Assembly: GCA_964550305.1 (NCBI GenBank)
Contig: CAZJYU010000012.1
Span: forward strand, 6,240 to 70,239
DNA from: an uncultured Vicinamibacteraceae bacterium
Lineage (GTDB): Bacteria > Acidobacteriota > Vicinamibacteria > Vicinamibacterales > UBA8438
Reading direction: 5' to 3'
DNA length: 64,000 nucleotides
The position numbers were made by a program, and so were the translations under genes. Under the pieces are notes generated by a model that was given only the letters and a program-made list of their open reading frames with translations, ran no database searches and was not told the DNA's origin. Below are positions 1 through 7,331 of this stretch, piece after piece; the first letter of the stretch is position 1; every line of letters starts with the position of its first letter.

Positions 1-36
1 ATCCTCGACTGGCTTGGGGAGTGACGGCGGCGCGGG

Positions 37-1350
37 CTATCGGCGCAATTGATCCAGAACCGCGAAGAACCCGGGATACGACACATCTACTGCCTGCGCG
101 CCGGCGATCGTTGATGGCGCCGCGCACCGCAGAGCGGCGACGGCAAAAGCCATCGCGAGGCGGTGATCGCCAGCCGCGTCGGCCGTGCCGCCGGACGGCC
201 GCCCTTCACACGCGGCATGGTAGCCGTCGGGCTGCTCGTCCACCCGGACGCCGAGTGCGCGCATGCCGGTGGCGAACGCGGCAATCCGGTCGCTTTCCTT
301 GTGGCGGAGCTCCCCGGCTCCCGTCACCGTCACCGGGACGCCATGCGCCGCCAGCGCGCCGACAACCGGCAACTCGTCGATCAGCCCCGGCACGTCGGCC
401 GCGCTTACCGCAATAGGCTGCAAGCTCGCGCCCCGCACCGTCAGGTCGCCCACCGCCTCGCCGCCCGGCGCGCCGCGCTCGTGCGTCTCGATTGACGCGC
501 CGGCGCGCCGCAACAGCTCCACGAACCCGATCCGGGTCGGGTTCAACCCGATCCGTTCGATGGTGACTTCGGAGCCCGGCATCGCCGCCGCAGCCACCAC
601 CCAGTACGCCGCCGCCGAAGGATCCCCCGGCACCGCGAGCGCCGTCCCGCGCAGGCGCGCGCCGCCGGTGACCGCGATCGCGTCGCCGTCGTGCGCCAGC
701 TCCACGCCGAACGCGGCCAGCGCCCGTTCGGTGTGGTCGCGGGTAGGGGCAGGTTCGCGCACGCGCGTCGTTCCCTTCGCCTGCAAACCGGCGAGCAGCA
801 CGGCGCTCTTCACCTGCGCGCTCGCTACCGGGAGCGTGTAGTCGATGGCGCGCAGGGCGCCGCCCGCAATCACCAGAGGGGGCCTTCCTCCGTCGGCCGC
901 GTGGATCCGTGCGCCCATCGCGGTCAACGGATCCATGATCCGCCGCATCGGGCGGCGCGTAAGCGACGCGTCGCCGATGATCGTGGAAACGAACGGACGA
1001 CCCGCCAGGACACCCGCGAGGAGGCGCATGGTCGTCCCCGAGTTGCCCGCGTCGAGCGGCGCCTCGGGTGCGCGCCACGCCGCCACGCCGCGGCCGGCCA
1101 CACTTACCGTCAGCCCGCCGCCCGACGCCTCGGGCGCGTCCACCACCGCGATGCCCAGGCCGCGCAGGCAGGACAGCGTCGACCCGCAGTCGGCGCCGGT
1201 CGAGTACCCGGTGATGGTGGAATCGCCTTCGGCCAGCGCCGCGAGCAGTGCGTAGCGATGCGAGATGGACTTGTCGCCGGGTACCTGCAACCGGCCGCGG
1301 AGGCGATTCGCCGGCGCGACGGCCGCCGGGACCGAGTCGGGAACGCGCAT
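37..1350 (-). CDS. aroA: 3-phosphoshikimate 1-carboxyvinyltransferase (EPSP synthase)
   Basis: 437-aa ORF with EPSP synthase signatures 'VPGDKSISHRYALLAALA', 'LDAGNSGTTMRLLAGVLAG' and 'LRHKESDRIAA'. ATG at 1350, TAG at 37-39. Confidence 0.95.
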   Translation of the reverse strand: MRVPDSVPAAVAPANRLRGRLQVPGDKSISHRYALLAALAEGDSTITGYSTGADCGSTLSCLRGLGIAVVDAPEASGGGLTVSVAGRGVAAWRAPEAPLDAGNSGTTMRLLAGVLAGRPFVSTIIGDASLTRRPMRRIMDPLTAMGARIHAADGGRPPLVIAGGALRAIDYTLPVASAQVKSAVLLAGLQAKGTTRVREPAPTRDHTERALAAFGVELAHDGDAIAVTGGARLRGTALAVPGDPSAAAYWVVAAAAMPGSEVTIERIGLNPTRIGFVELLRRAGASIETHERGAPGGEAVGDLTVRGASLQPIAVSAADVPGLIDELPVVGALAAHGVPVTVTGAGELRHKESDRIAAFATGMRALGVRVDEQPDGYHAACEGRPSGGTADAAGDHRLAMAFAVAALRCAAPSTIAGAQAVDVSYPGFFAVLDQLRR

Positions 1351-1356
1351 CGCCGG

Positions 1357-1362
1357 ATGTTA
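1357..1362 (-). promoter_or_regulatory. -10-like hexamer TAACAT, 6 nt upstream of the aroA ATG (leaderless-type arrangement)
   Basis: The minus strand reads TAACAT-CCGGCG-ATG, with no Shine-Dalgarno in between. Confidence 0.3.
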
Positions 1363-1426
1363 CCGGAACCGCGTCTTGCCGGACCCCTAGGGGGCGCGGT
1401 ATCGTACGGGGATCGCGAGCGACGCC

Positions 1427-1870
1427 ATGCCTGTCTCCGGCGCCTGCATCCGCTTCGAGTTTCCCGCCCATGTGGACGTCTGCGACCTGATCCACGTGAT
1501 GACGGAGCATTTGGGGCGGGCCGGTGGACTGGACGAAGAGGCTCGCCACTGGGTCGACGTGGCGGTCCGCGAAGGAGTGGTGAACGCCGTTCGGCACGGC
1601 TGCAACGGCGATTGCACCAAGCGGATCACAGTGGAGTTGCGCCTCGAGCCGGTTCACCAGCCATCGGAGTTGGTGGTGCGCGTCATCGATCCCGGAGACG
1701 GGTTCGATCCGGACGACGTTGCCGACCCGCTGTCCGACGAGAACATCCTCAAGCCGAGCGGACGTGGCGTCTTCTTCATGCGCCGATTGATGGACGACGT
1801 AACCCTGCGCCGGCCGCCCCGGGGCGGGATGGAAGTGCGCATGGTGAAGAAACTGGACGCGGCGGGATGA
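1427..1870 (+). CDS. anti-sigma regulatory factor / Ser-Thr protein kinase (RsbW/SpoIIAB-like HATPase)
   Basis: 147-aa ORF with HATPase_c-type motifs 'REGVVNAVRHG', 'DPGDGFDP' and 'GRGVFFMRRLMDDV'. Its stop overlaps the next start (ATGA at 1867-1870). Confidence 0.75.
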   Translation: MPVSGACIRFEFPAHVDVCDLIHVMTEHLGRAGGLDEEARHWVDVAVREGVVNAVRHGCNGDCTKRITVELRLEPVHQPSELVVRVIDPGDGFDPDDVADPLSDENILKPSGRGVFFMRRLMDDVTLRRPPRGGMEVRMVKKLDAAG

Positions 1871-2694
1871 CGCCGCCGCCGATCGATCCTCTCTGGATCG
1901 CGACCGCCGCCGAGGTGGTGGTGCATGCCGGCGCGATGCAGCGAGCGCGGTTCGGCACCGATGTCGCTGTCGACAAGAAGGGCGAGATCGACCTCGTCAC
2001 GCAGGTGGACGTTGACATTGAGCGGTGGTTCCGCGCCCTGATTGCCGAGCGGTTCCCGTCGCACCGCATCCTGGCGGAAGAGCTGGGATCCGAGGCGGAT
2101 GCGCTGCCGGTTGCGGGGCGCACCGACTGCTGCTGGGTTTTCGATCCCATCGACGGGACGATCAACTACACCCACGGCCTGCCGATCTTCTGCGCTTCGC
2201 TCGCGCTCGAGATCGACGGCGTCCCGAGCGTCGCCGCGATCTACGACCCGATGCGCGAGGAGCTGTTCACCGCCGAGCTCGGCGGCGGCGCGCGGCTGAA
2301 TGGTGAGCCTTTGCGCGTGTCCGAAACCGACACGCTGGTCGACGCAATGCTCTGCACGGGTTTCCCGTACGACGTTCACGAGACGGTCCAGGATGTCGTG
2401 GCGCTGTTCGGCGCGTTCGTCGCCGAGTCGCGCGCGGTGCGGCGGCTTGGCTCCGCCGCGATCGACCTGTGCTACGTAGCCTGCGGCCGCTTTGACGGCT
2501 TCTGGGAGGAGCGGCTCCATCCGTGGGACATCGCGGCCGGCGCGCTGATCATCACCGAGGCGGGAGGGATGGTCACCGGTCTTGGCGGCGAACCGTTCGT
2601 CTCGCGCCACGGATCGATTGTCGCTTCGAACGGCCGGATACACGACGCGATGCTCGAGACCATCCGTCAGCGTGTCCTGCAGCGGACATCCTGA
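1867..2694 (+). CDS. suhB: inositol monophosphatase family protein
   Basis: IMPase motifs 'WVFDPIDGTINY' and 'WDIAAGALIITEAGG'. I chose the ATG at 1867 inside listed ORF 691..2694, whose upstream part is an Arg-rich shadow frame. Confidence 0.88.
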   Translation: MTPPPIDPLWIATAAEVVVHAGAMQRARFGTDVAVDKKGEIDLVTQVDVDIERWFRALIAERFPSHRILAEELGSEADALPVAGRTDCCWVFDPIDGTINYTHGLPIFCASLALEIDGVPSVAAIYDPMREELFTAELGGGARLNGEPLRVSETDTLVDAMLCTGFPYDVHETVQDVVALFGAFVAESRAVRRLGSAAIDLCYVACGRFDGFWEERLHPWDIAAGALIITEAGGMVTGLGGEPFVSRHGSIVASNGRIHDAMLETIRQRVLQRTS

Positions 2695-2712
2695 CCTTTC
2701 GCGGCGACACGC

Positions 2713-2829
2713 CATGTTGAGCTGTCAGTTCAAGATGGGCCGCCTGCGATTCTTCGAGCTCTGCATGTTGAACTGTTGATTCAATATGGGGTGCTTCACC
2801 GCACCATATTGCATTATCAATTCAATATG
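2713..2829. repeat. Low-GC intergenic repeat array: two 27-nt direct repeats, a third partial box and an imperfect 30-nt inverted repeat
   Basis: CATGTTGAGCTGTCAGTTCAAGATGGG (2713-2739) and CATGTTGAACTGTTGATTCAATATGGG (2764-2790) match at 22 of 27 positions and sit 51 bp apart. ATTCAATATG recurs at 2779-2788 and 2820-2829. The inverted repeat has arms CAATATGG (2782-2789) and CCATATTG (2804-2811), with an inner GGTGC/GCACC pair. Confidence 0.8.
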
Positions 2830-2847
2830 AGGCTCTGGCTGCCGGGT

Positions 2848-2863
2848 TGGCACCGATCGTGCA
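2848..2863 (+). promoter_or_regulatory. Candidate sigma-54 (-24/-12) promoter for the OM barrel gene at 2910
   Basis: TGGCAC-cgatc-GTGCA against the consensus TGGCAC-N5-TTGCW. The GG-to-GC spacing is correct and there is one mismatch in the -12 box. It lies about 47 nt upstream of the ATG at 2910 and downstream of the repeat array. A sigma-54 activator gene is present at 44747. Confidence 0.45.
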
Positions 2864-2909
2864 CCCCTGCATGGGTATCGCGGAACGGCCGGATGGCCGG
2901 GAGGGTCTC

Positions 2910-3617
2910 ATGCGACGCAGTGCGACGATAGAGTGGGTGGCCGCGACGGTGGCGGTGGCGGCGCTTGCGGCCGGCGCCGCGCCCGCTACGGCCCAGCAGT
3001 CCATCACGTTGGGGTACGGGCACTTCAGCCCGAAGGACGTCGACAGCCGGATCGACCATGACGTCGTCCTACGCAACCTCGACCTCTTCTCCTTCCGCCT
3101 GGGGGACTTCGATGGCCAGTCAATCACTGGCGCATGGAACATCCGTCTCAGCGATCACCTGGAAGCGAGCGCCGGTCTTGGCTACTACCAGCGGACCGTG
3201 CCGAGCGTCTACGCCGACTACGTCATGCCGGACGGCGACGAGATTCTCCAGGACTTTCGTCTGCGAATCGTCCCGGCGACGGCGACGGTGCGCGTGCTGC
3301 CGTTCGGCGATACCCCGGTGCAACCGTTCTTCGGCGTCGGTGTCGGTCTCTACGCCTGGCGCTACGCCGAATTCGGCGAGTTCATCGACTTCAGCGACCT
3401 CAGCCTCTTCTCCGATCGCTTCGTGGCGACCGGGACCGACCCGGGTGGCATCATCCTCGGGGGTGTACGCTTTGCCATAGGGAATGCCTGGTCCATGGGC
3501 GTCGAGTTGCAGTACCACCACGCGGCAGGTGTCGTCGGCCTGGAGAACGGGTTCCTCGAAGACGAGATCGACCTGGGCGGATTGCAGTCGCAGGTTACGT
3601 TCGGCGTGGGGTTCTGA
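2910..3617 (+). CDS. outer-membrane beta-barrel protein (OmpW/OmpA-barrel-like)
   Basis: Signal peptide 'MRRSATIEWVAATVAVAALAAGAAPATAQ', alternating beta-strand pattern, and a C-terminal 'QVTFGVGF' ending in Phe. SD GGGAGGG at 2899-2905. Confidence 0.65.
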   Translation: MRRSATIEWVAATVAVAALAAGAAPATAQQSITLGYGHFSPKDVDSRIDHDVVLRNLDLFSFRLGDFDGQSITGAWNIRLSDHLEASAGLGYYQRTVPSVYADYVMPDGDEILQDFRLRIVPATATVRVLPFGDTPVQPFFGVGVGLYAWRYAEFGEFIDFSDLSLFSDRFVATGTDPGGIILGGVRFAIGNAWSMGVELQYHHAAGVVGLENGFLEDEIDLGGLQSQVTFGVGF

Positions 3618-3686
3618 CGGACACCGGCCTGGAGGCCGGCGCACGGCCAGCGCCCGAGTACTGCCGCCGGCCCGTTCGGCAGGGTC

Positions 3687-3692
3687 TATAAT
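3687..3692 (+). promoter_or_regulatory. Perfect TATAAT, 9 nt upstream of the GTG at 3702 (near-leaderless)
   Basis: CTATAATCGG at 3686-3695. The same 10-mer recurs at 4308-4317. Confidence 0.4.
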
Positions 3693-3701
3693 CGGCCGTC
3701 T

Positions 3702-4313
3702 GTGACGCGCATCGTCGAGTGGCTGCAGGCCTTCGCGCTCGGCATCGGGGGGGGCGGCCTGTTTCTGGTCGCCTTCCTCGATTCGTCATTCCTGTCGCTT
3801 CCCGAGATCAACGACCTGCTGGTGGTCCTGCTAGTGGTCGGGCACCCGGCGCGGATGCCGTTCTACGCGCTGATGGCGACGGCCGGTTCGGTGACCGGCT
3901 GCCTGGTGCTCTACGCGCTCGGCCGCCGTGGCGGCGAGACGCTCGTCCGCAGGAGGTTCAGTGGCCCCCGCGTTGCGCGCGCTCTGGAGCTGTCGCAGCG
4001 CTACGGGGTGCTCGCGATAGCGGTGCCGTCGATCCTGCCGCCGCCGGCTCCCTTCAAGATCTTCGTTCTGCTGGCGGGGGTCGCCGCCGTGCCCATCTGG
4101 AAGTTCATCGTGACCCTTGCGATTGCGCGCGGCGCCCGCTACCTCACCGTCGGTGTGCTCTCCGTGCTGTACGGCCAGCAGGCGATCACCTTTGTCCAGG
4201 AAAACGGGCGCATTGTCGCCATCGTGCTCGCGGTGCTGCTGGTGGCGGGAGGTATCGCGTGGTTCGTCACGCGGCGCCGCGCCACGCCGGCGCGGCCGGC
4301 CGGCAGCCTATAA
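3702..4313 (+). CDS. DedA/YqaA-family (SNARE-associated) membrane protein
   Basis: 203-aa polytopic membrane ORF. 'FLDSSFLSLPEINDLLVV' and 'VPSILPPPAPFKIFVLLAG' are typical of the DedA/YqaA family. Confidence 0.7.
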   Translation: MTRIVEWLQAFALGIGGGGLFLVAFLDSSFLSLPEINDLLVVLLVVGHPARMPFYALMATAGSVTGCLVLYALGRRGGETLVRRRFSGPRVARALELSQRYGVLAIAVPSILPPPAPFKIFVLLAGVAAVPIWKFIVTLAIARGARYLTVGVLSVLYGQQAITFVQENGRIVAIVLAVLLVAGGIAWFVTRRRATPARPAGSL

Positions 4314-4314
4314 T
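4309..4314 (+). promoter_or_regulatory. Perfect TATAAT, 10 nt upstream of the ATG at 4325; contains the TAA stop of the DedA-like gene
   Basis: CTATAATCGG at 4308-4317, with the TAA stop at 4311-4313. Confidence 0.35.
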
Positions 4315-4324
4315 CGGGTGCCTG

Positions 4325-5344
4325 ATGCCTGAACTGTCGGTCGTCGTTCCGCTCTACAACGAGGAGCCGAACGTCGCCGGGTTGCACCGCGAGCTGACGG
4401 CGGCGCTCGGCGCCTGGGGCCGGCCGTACGAACTGATCCTGGTGGACGACGGCAGCACCGACGCCACGTTCGATCGGCTGCGCGAACTCCACGCCGCGGA
4501 TCCGCATCTTCGCGTCATCCGGCTCCGCCGCAACTTCGGCCAGACCGCGGCGTTCGCGGCCGGCTTCGCACACGCGCGGGGACGCCTCATCGCGACCGCC
4601 GATGGCGACCTGCAGAACGATCCAGCGGATCTGCCGGCGATGGTTGAACAGCTCGGTGGAGATTACGACATCGTCTGCGGTTGGCGGCGCCACCGGAAGG
4701 ACCCCTGGCTGACCCGCCGCCTGCCGTCGCGCCTGGCAAACTGGCTCATCTCCCGCACCACCGGCGTCCGTCTGCACGACTACGGCTGTTCGCTAAAAGT
4801 CTTTCGCGGCGATATCGTCCGTTCGATGCGCCTGTACGGGGAGATGCACCGCTTTATGCCGGCGATCGCGAGCGAGCAGGGAGTACGCATCGCCGAAATG
4901 GCGGTGAACCACCGGCCACGCCGGGCTGGGCAATCAAAATACGGCCTGTCCCGCACGATTCGCGTGGTGCTCGACCTGTTTACCGTGAAGTTCCTGCTTA
5001 CGTACTCCACGCGCCCGCTCCAGATGTTCGGTCCGCCCGGTCTTCTGATGGGCGCAATAGGCGTCGTGCTGACCGCCTATCTCGGCTACATTCGCATCTT
5101 CACCGATCAGGGCATAGCCGATCGCCCACTGTTGCTGCTCGCCATCCTGCTTGTCTTCGCGGGCATGCAACTCGTGACGCTAGGCCTGCTCGCTGAACTG
5201 CAGGCGCGCACTTACCACGAGTCGCAGGGCAAGCCGATCTACGCGGTACGCGAGCGGCTCGAGCCGGCCGAGGACGGGGCGGCGGTTCCCGATGGGACGC
5301 CGCCGTTCGGGGCCGCGACCGAGATGGAGCAGCCGGTGCGGTAG
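4325..5344 (+). CDS. GT2 polyprenol-phosphate glycosyltransferase (ArnC/GtrB/DPM1-like)
   Basis: 'LSVVVPLYNEEPN', 'LILVDDGSTD' and 'ADGDLQNDP', plus two C-terminal TM helices. The ATG at 4325 lies inside listed ORF 3719..5344. Confidence 0.88.
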   Translation: MPELSVVVPLYNEEPNVAGLHRELTAALGAWGRPYELILVDDGSTDATFDRLRELHAADPHLRVIRLRRNFGQTAAFAAGFAHARGRLIATADGDLQNDPADLPAMVEQLGGDYDIVCGWRRHRKDPWLTRRLPSRLANWLISRTTGVRLHDYGCSLKVFRGDIVRSMRLYGEMHRFMPAIASEQGVRIAEMAVNHRPRRAGQSKYGLSRTIRVVLDLFTVKFLLTYSTRPLQMFGPPGLLMGAIGVVLTAYLGYIRIFTDQGIADRPLLLLAILLVFAGMQLVTLGLLAELQARTYHESQGKPIYAVRERLEPAEDGAAVPDGTPPFGAATEMEQPVR

Positions 5345-5434
5345 CAGGGTTCCGCGCGGCGCAACCGCCGTTGACCGCACGGTGCGGGTGACGGTACGCT
5401 GCCTGCAACTCGGTCGTTTGCGCCCGTCCAGTCC

Positions 5435-6223
5435 ATGCCCATCCGACGTTCCGTTTTTCTGCAAACCGCGGCCATGGTGTGGCTCGTTGCGGCCGCCTCG
5501 CTTGCTGCTGCGGCGCCGGCGGCTGCCCAGGACGCCGCCGCCGCCGTCCAGGAGCTGCCGCGGTACACGGTGAGCCTGAACGGCGCATTCCAGTTGGCGC
5601 CGCCGGGGTTCGAGTCCACCACCCGCGTGCGGGCTTACGGCGAGGAGGCGACTTTCCGCAGTACGCACGCGATCAAGGACAGCGCGGCGGCGGACATCGG
5701 CGTCATGCTCCGCGTCGACCATCGCTTCAGCGTCGGGGCGGCGTTCACATGGACGTCGGCCCGCGACACGGGAACGGCCAGCGTCAGCGTGCCGCATCCG
5801 TTGCGACTGAACGCTCCCCGCGCCGCCATGGAGGCGTTCGGGCGGGAGCGTATCGAGCGGGCGGTCCATGTTGCCGCCGCCTGGCGGGTTCCGCTCCGCG
5901 CGCGCGCGGAACTGACGTTGTTCGCCGGCCCCACGGTCGTCAATGTCACCCAGGACACGGTGGTGCGATGGCACGTGGCGGAGACGGGCCCGCCCGATTT
6001 CGATCGGATAGTCTTCGCGGCCGAAACCGGGAAACAGCGGCGCAACGCGGTCGGCGGTCACGTCGGCATCGATCTGCTGGTCATGGCGAACCGACACGTC
6101 GGTTTCGGTTACTTCGTTCGATTCGCCCGCGCGACGGTCAAACTGCCGGGGCCGGGTGAGACGACGATCCGCGCCAACGCCGGCAACGTCCACACGGGCG
6201 CCGGCTTCCGTTTTCGCTTCTGA
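5435..6223 (+). CDS. outer-membrane beta-barrel protein (paralog of 18484..19239)
   Basis: Signal peptide ending 'AAPAAAQ' and a C-terminal 'GAGFRFRF'. By eye it aligns along its length with the 18484 protein. Confidence 0.6.
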   Translation: MPIRRSVFLQTAAMVWLVAAASLAAAAPAAAQDAAAAVQELPRYTVSLNGAFQLAPPGFESTTRVRAYGEEATFRSTHAIKDSAAADIGVMLRVDHRFSVGAAFTWTSARDTGTASVSVPHPLRLNAPRAAMEAFGRERIERAVHVAAAWRVPLRARAELTLFAGPTVVNVTQDTVVRWHVAETGPPDFDRIVFAAETGKQRRNAVGGHVGIDLLVMANRHVGFGYFVRFARATVKLPGPGETTIRANAGNVHTGAGFRFRF

Positions 6224-6252
6224 GCGAACGCGTGCCCGGCAAGGCGCGTCTG

Positions 6253-7281
6253 TTACCGCCCGCCGTGTGTCAGCTGTAACTGCCCGCCGGGTCCGTTACG
6301 CTCGTACAACGCGACCAGCCGGTCGAAGAATCCCCGTGCGACCAGCGCGTTGCCCTGCGGCGTGAGGTGGACCCCGTCGGCCAACAGGCACGGGAACGAT
6401 CCCTCCTGCGGGAGTGCAGGGCCGTCGGTGCAGCGGCCTTCACTGATGATCCGGTGCACGTCCACCAGTGGGATGCTTTCGCCGTCGGCGATCTGTCGAA
6501 GCCGCTCGTTGTAGGGCTCTACGCGGTCCGCGCCCACCAGGCCACGGCCCAGCGGCGGGACCGTCGCGATGATCGGGTCATTCTGTTGATTCCGCGCGTG
6601 CACCGCCATGCTCCGAATGACCTCCGCCGCGGCGTCGCCCTGATTCGGAACCAGATCGTTCGTTCCCTGCATGATGAGAACGGCATGCGGGTCGTGCTGC
6701 CGTAGTGCCGCGTCGAGCCGCGGCAGCGCAACGGTCGCGCTCTCGCCCGGGATCCCTTCGTTCGTGACGGTGATCGGCTGGGCTCCGTAGCGGTTCCGGA
6801 GCAAAGCCTGGAGTACTGCCGGGTAGGCCTGGGCGGGGGCGACGCCAACGCCGGTCGTCAGGCTGTCGCCGAACGCGAGGATCCGGTTGAGTTCGCTCCG
6901 CCGGAAAACGGTTACCCGGAATCTGCAGCTCGCGGTCAGTCCGAGTTGGTCCGTTCCCGCGCAGGTGACGCGGTGCGAGCCGATGGCAAAGCTGGATCCG
7001 GACGGCGGCGTGCAGGTGATGGCGACCGGCGCGAGGCCGCCGCGGGGGGCAGGCAGGTCGAACGTCACCCGTTCCGGTCCGCCCGTGCGCGATTCGACCT
7101 GCGCAGCGGCGGGGCAGGCGAGCGCGAGCGCCTGCACCTTGTCGGCCGGCAGTGACGACGGCGATACCGGTTGCGTGGTCGATTCCGTGCATCCGGCGGT
7201 CAGGACGAGAACGCCGAGCACCCACAGTGCGCGTCGCGCGCTGCCTGAAGCCAGGCAGCGACGCCAAACCATGAAAGGCAA
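6253..7281 (-). CDS. lipoprotein with an N-terminal HYR-like Ig domain and an SGNH/GDSL hydrolase domain
   Basis: Lipobox 'LTAGC'. HYR-like pattern 'ITCTPPSGSSFAIGSHRVTCAGTD...CRFRVTV'. SGNH blocks 'AFGDSLT', 'QGTNDL' and 'DGVHLT'. The start could be TTG 7281 or ATG 7272. Confidence 0.8.
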   Translation of the reverse strand: MPFMVWRRCLASGSARRALWVLGVLVLTAGCTESTTQPVSPSSLPADKVQALALACPAAAQVESRTGGPERVTFDLPAPRGGLAPVAITCTPPSGSSFAIGSHRVTCAGTDQLGLTASCRFRVTVFRRSELNRILAFGDSLTTGVGVAPAQAYPAVLQALLRNRYGAQPITVTNEGIPGESATVALPRLDAALRQHDPHAVLIMQGTNDLVPNQGDAAAEVIRSMAVHARNQQNDPIIATVPPLGRGLVGADRVEPYNERLRQIADGESIPLVDVHRIISEGRCTDGPALPQEGSFPCLLADGVHLTPQGNALVARGFFDRLVALYERNGPGGQLQLTHGGR

Positions 7282-7289
7282 GGCCGCCT

Positions 7290-7295
7290 ACTATA
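7290..7295 (-). promoter_or_regulatory. -10-like TATAGT, 8 nt upstream of the TTG at 7281
   Basis: The minus strand reads TATAGT-AGGCGGCC-TTG. Confidence 0.25.
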
Positions 7296-7331
7296 CCGGT
7301 TTCCAGGCTCGGCGGTCCGGCAGGGCGCGTC

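Noticed and set aside
206-1657. Long antisense or alternative-frame ORFs throughout the track. Examples are 206..1657(-), 9980..11413(+), 14791..16062(-), 24573..25961(-), 34328..35833(-), 37192..39372(-), 39138..40796(-), 41423..42895(-), 46098..47768(-), 53628..55184(-), 58468..60081(+) and 61569..62672(-).
   Set aside because: Their translations are dominated by Arg/Ala/Gly/Pro with no recognisable motifs. Each fully overlaps a frame that has clear family signatures. Stop-codon scarcity at about 70% GC explains them.
3624-3639. Short GC hairpins after stop codons as intrinsic terminators. Examples are CCGGCC-tgga-GGCCGG at 3624-3639, and others at 6224-6252 and 32454-32466.
   Set aside because: The stems are only 5-6 bp with no U-tract, and such palindromes are common by chance in GC-rich DNA. 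Only the 11-bp stem at 62247-62272 was kept, at low confidence.
3719-5344. N-terminally extended ORFs taken at face value as long fusion proteins. These are 691..2694, 3719..5344, 27371..29575, 32031..33353, 34912..36228, 36158..37537, 37444..39522, 41225..44056, 46176..47744, 47441..48721 and 51777..53006.
   Set aside because: In each case the N-terminal part is a shadow-frame-like Arg/Pro-rich sequence overlapping the upstream gene (or rnpB). A canonical family N-terminus starts at an internal ATG or GTG, often with an SD or an ATGA coupling.
5393-5407. Second sigma-54-like element CGGTAC-N5-CTGCA upstream of the OM barrel gene at 5435. A third, TGGTAC-N5-TTCC, lies at 18466-18480.
   Set aside because: The first has two mismatches in the -24 box plus one in the -12 box. 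The third lacks the GC dinucleotide and would place the transcription start after the chosen start codon. GG-N10-GC is frequent by chance at this GC content.
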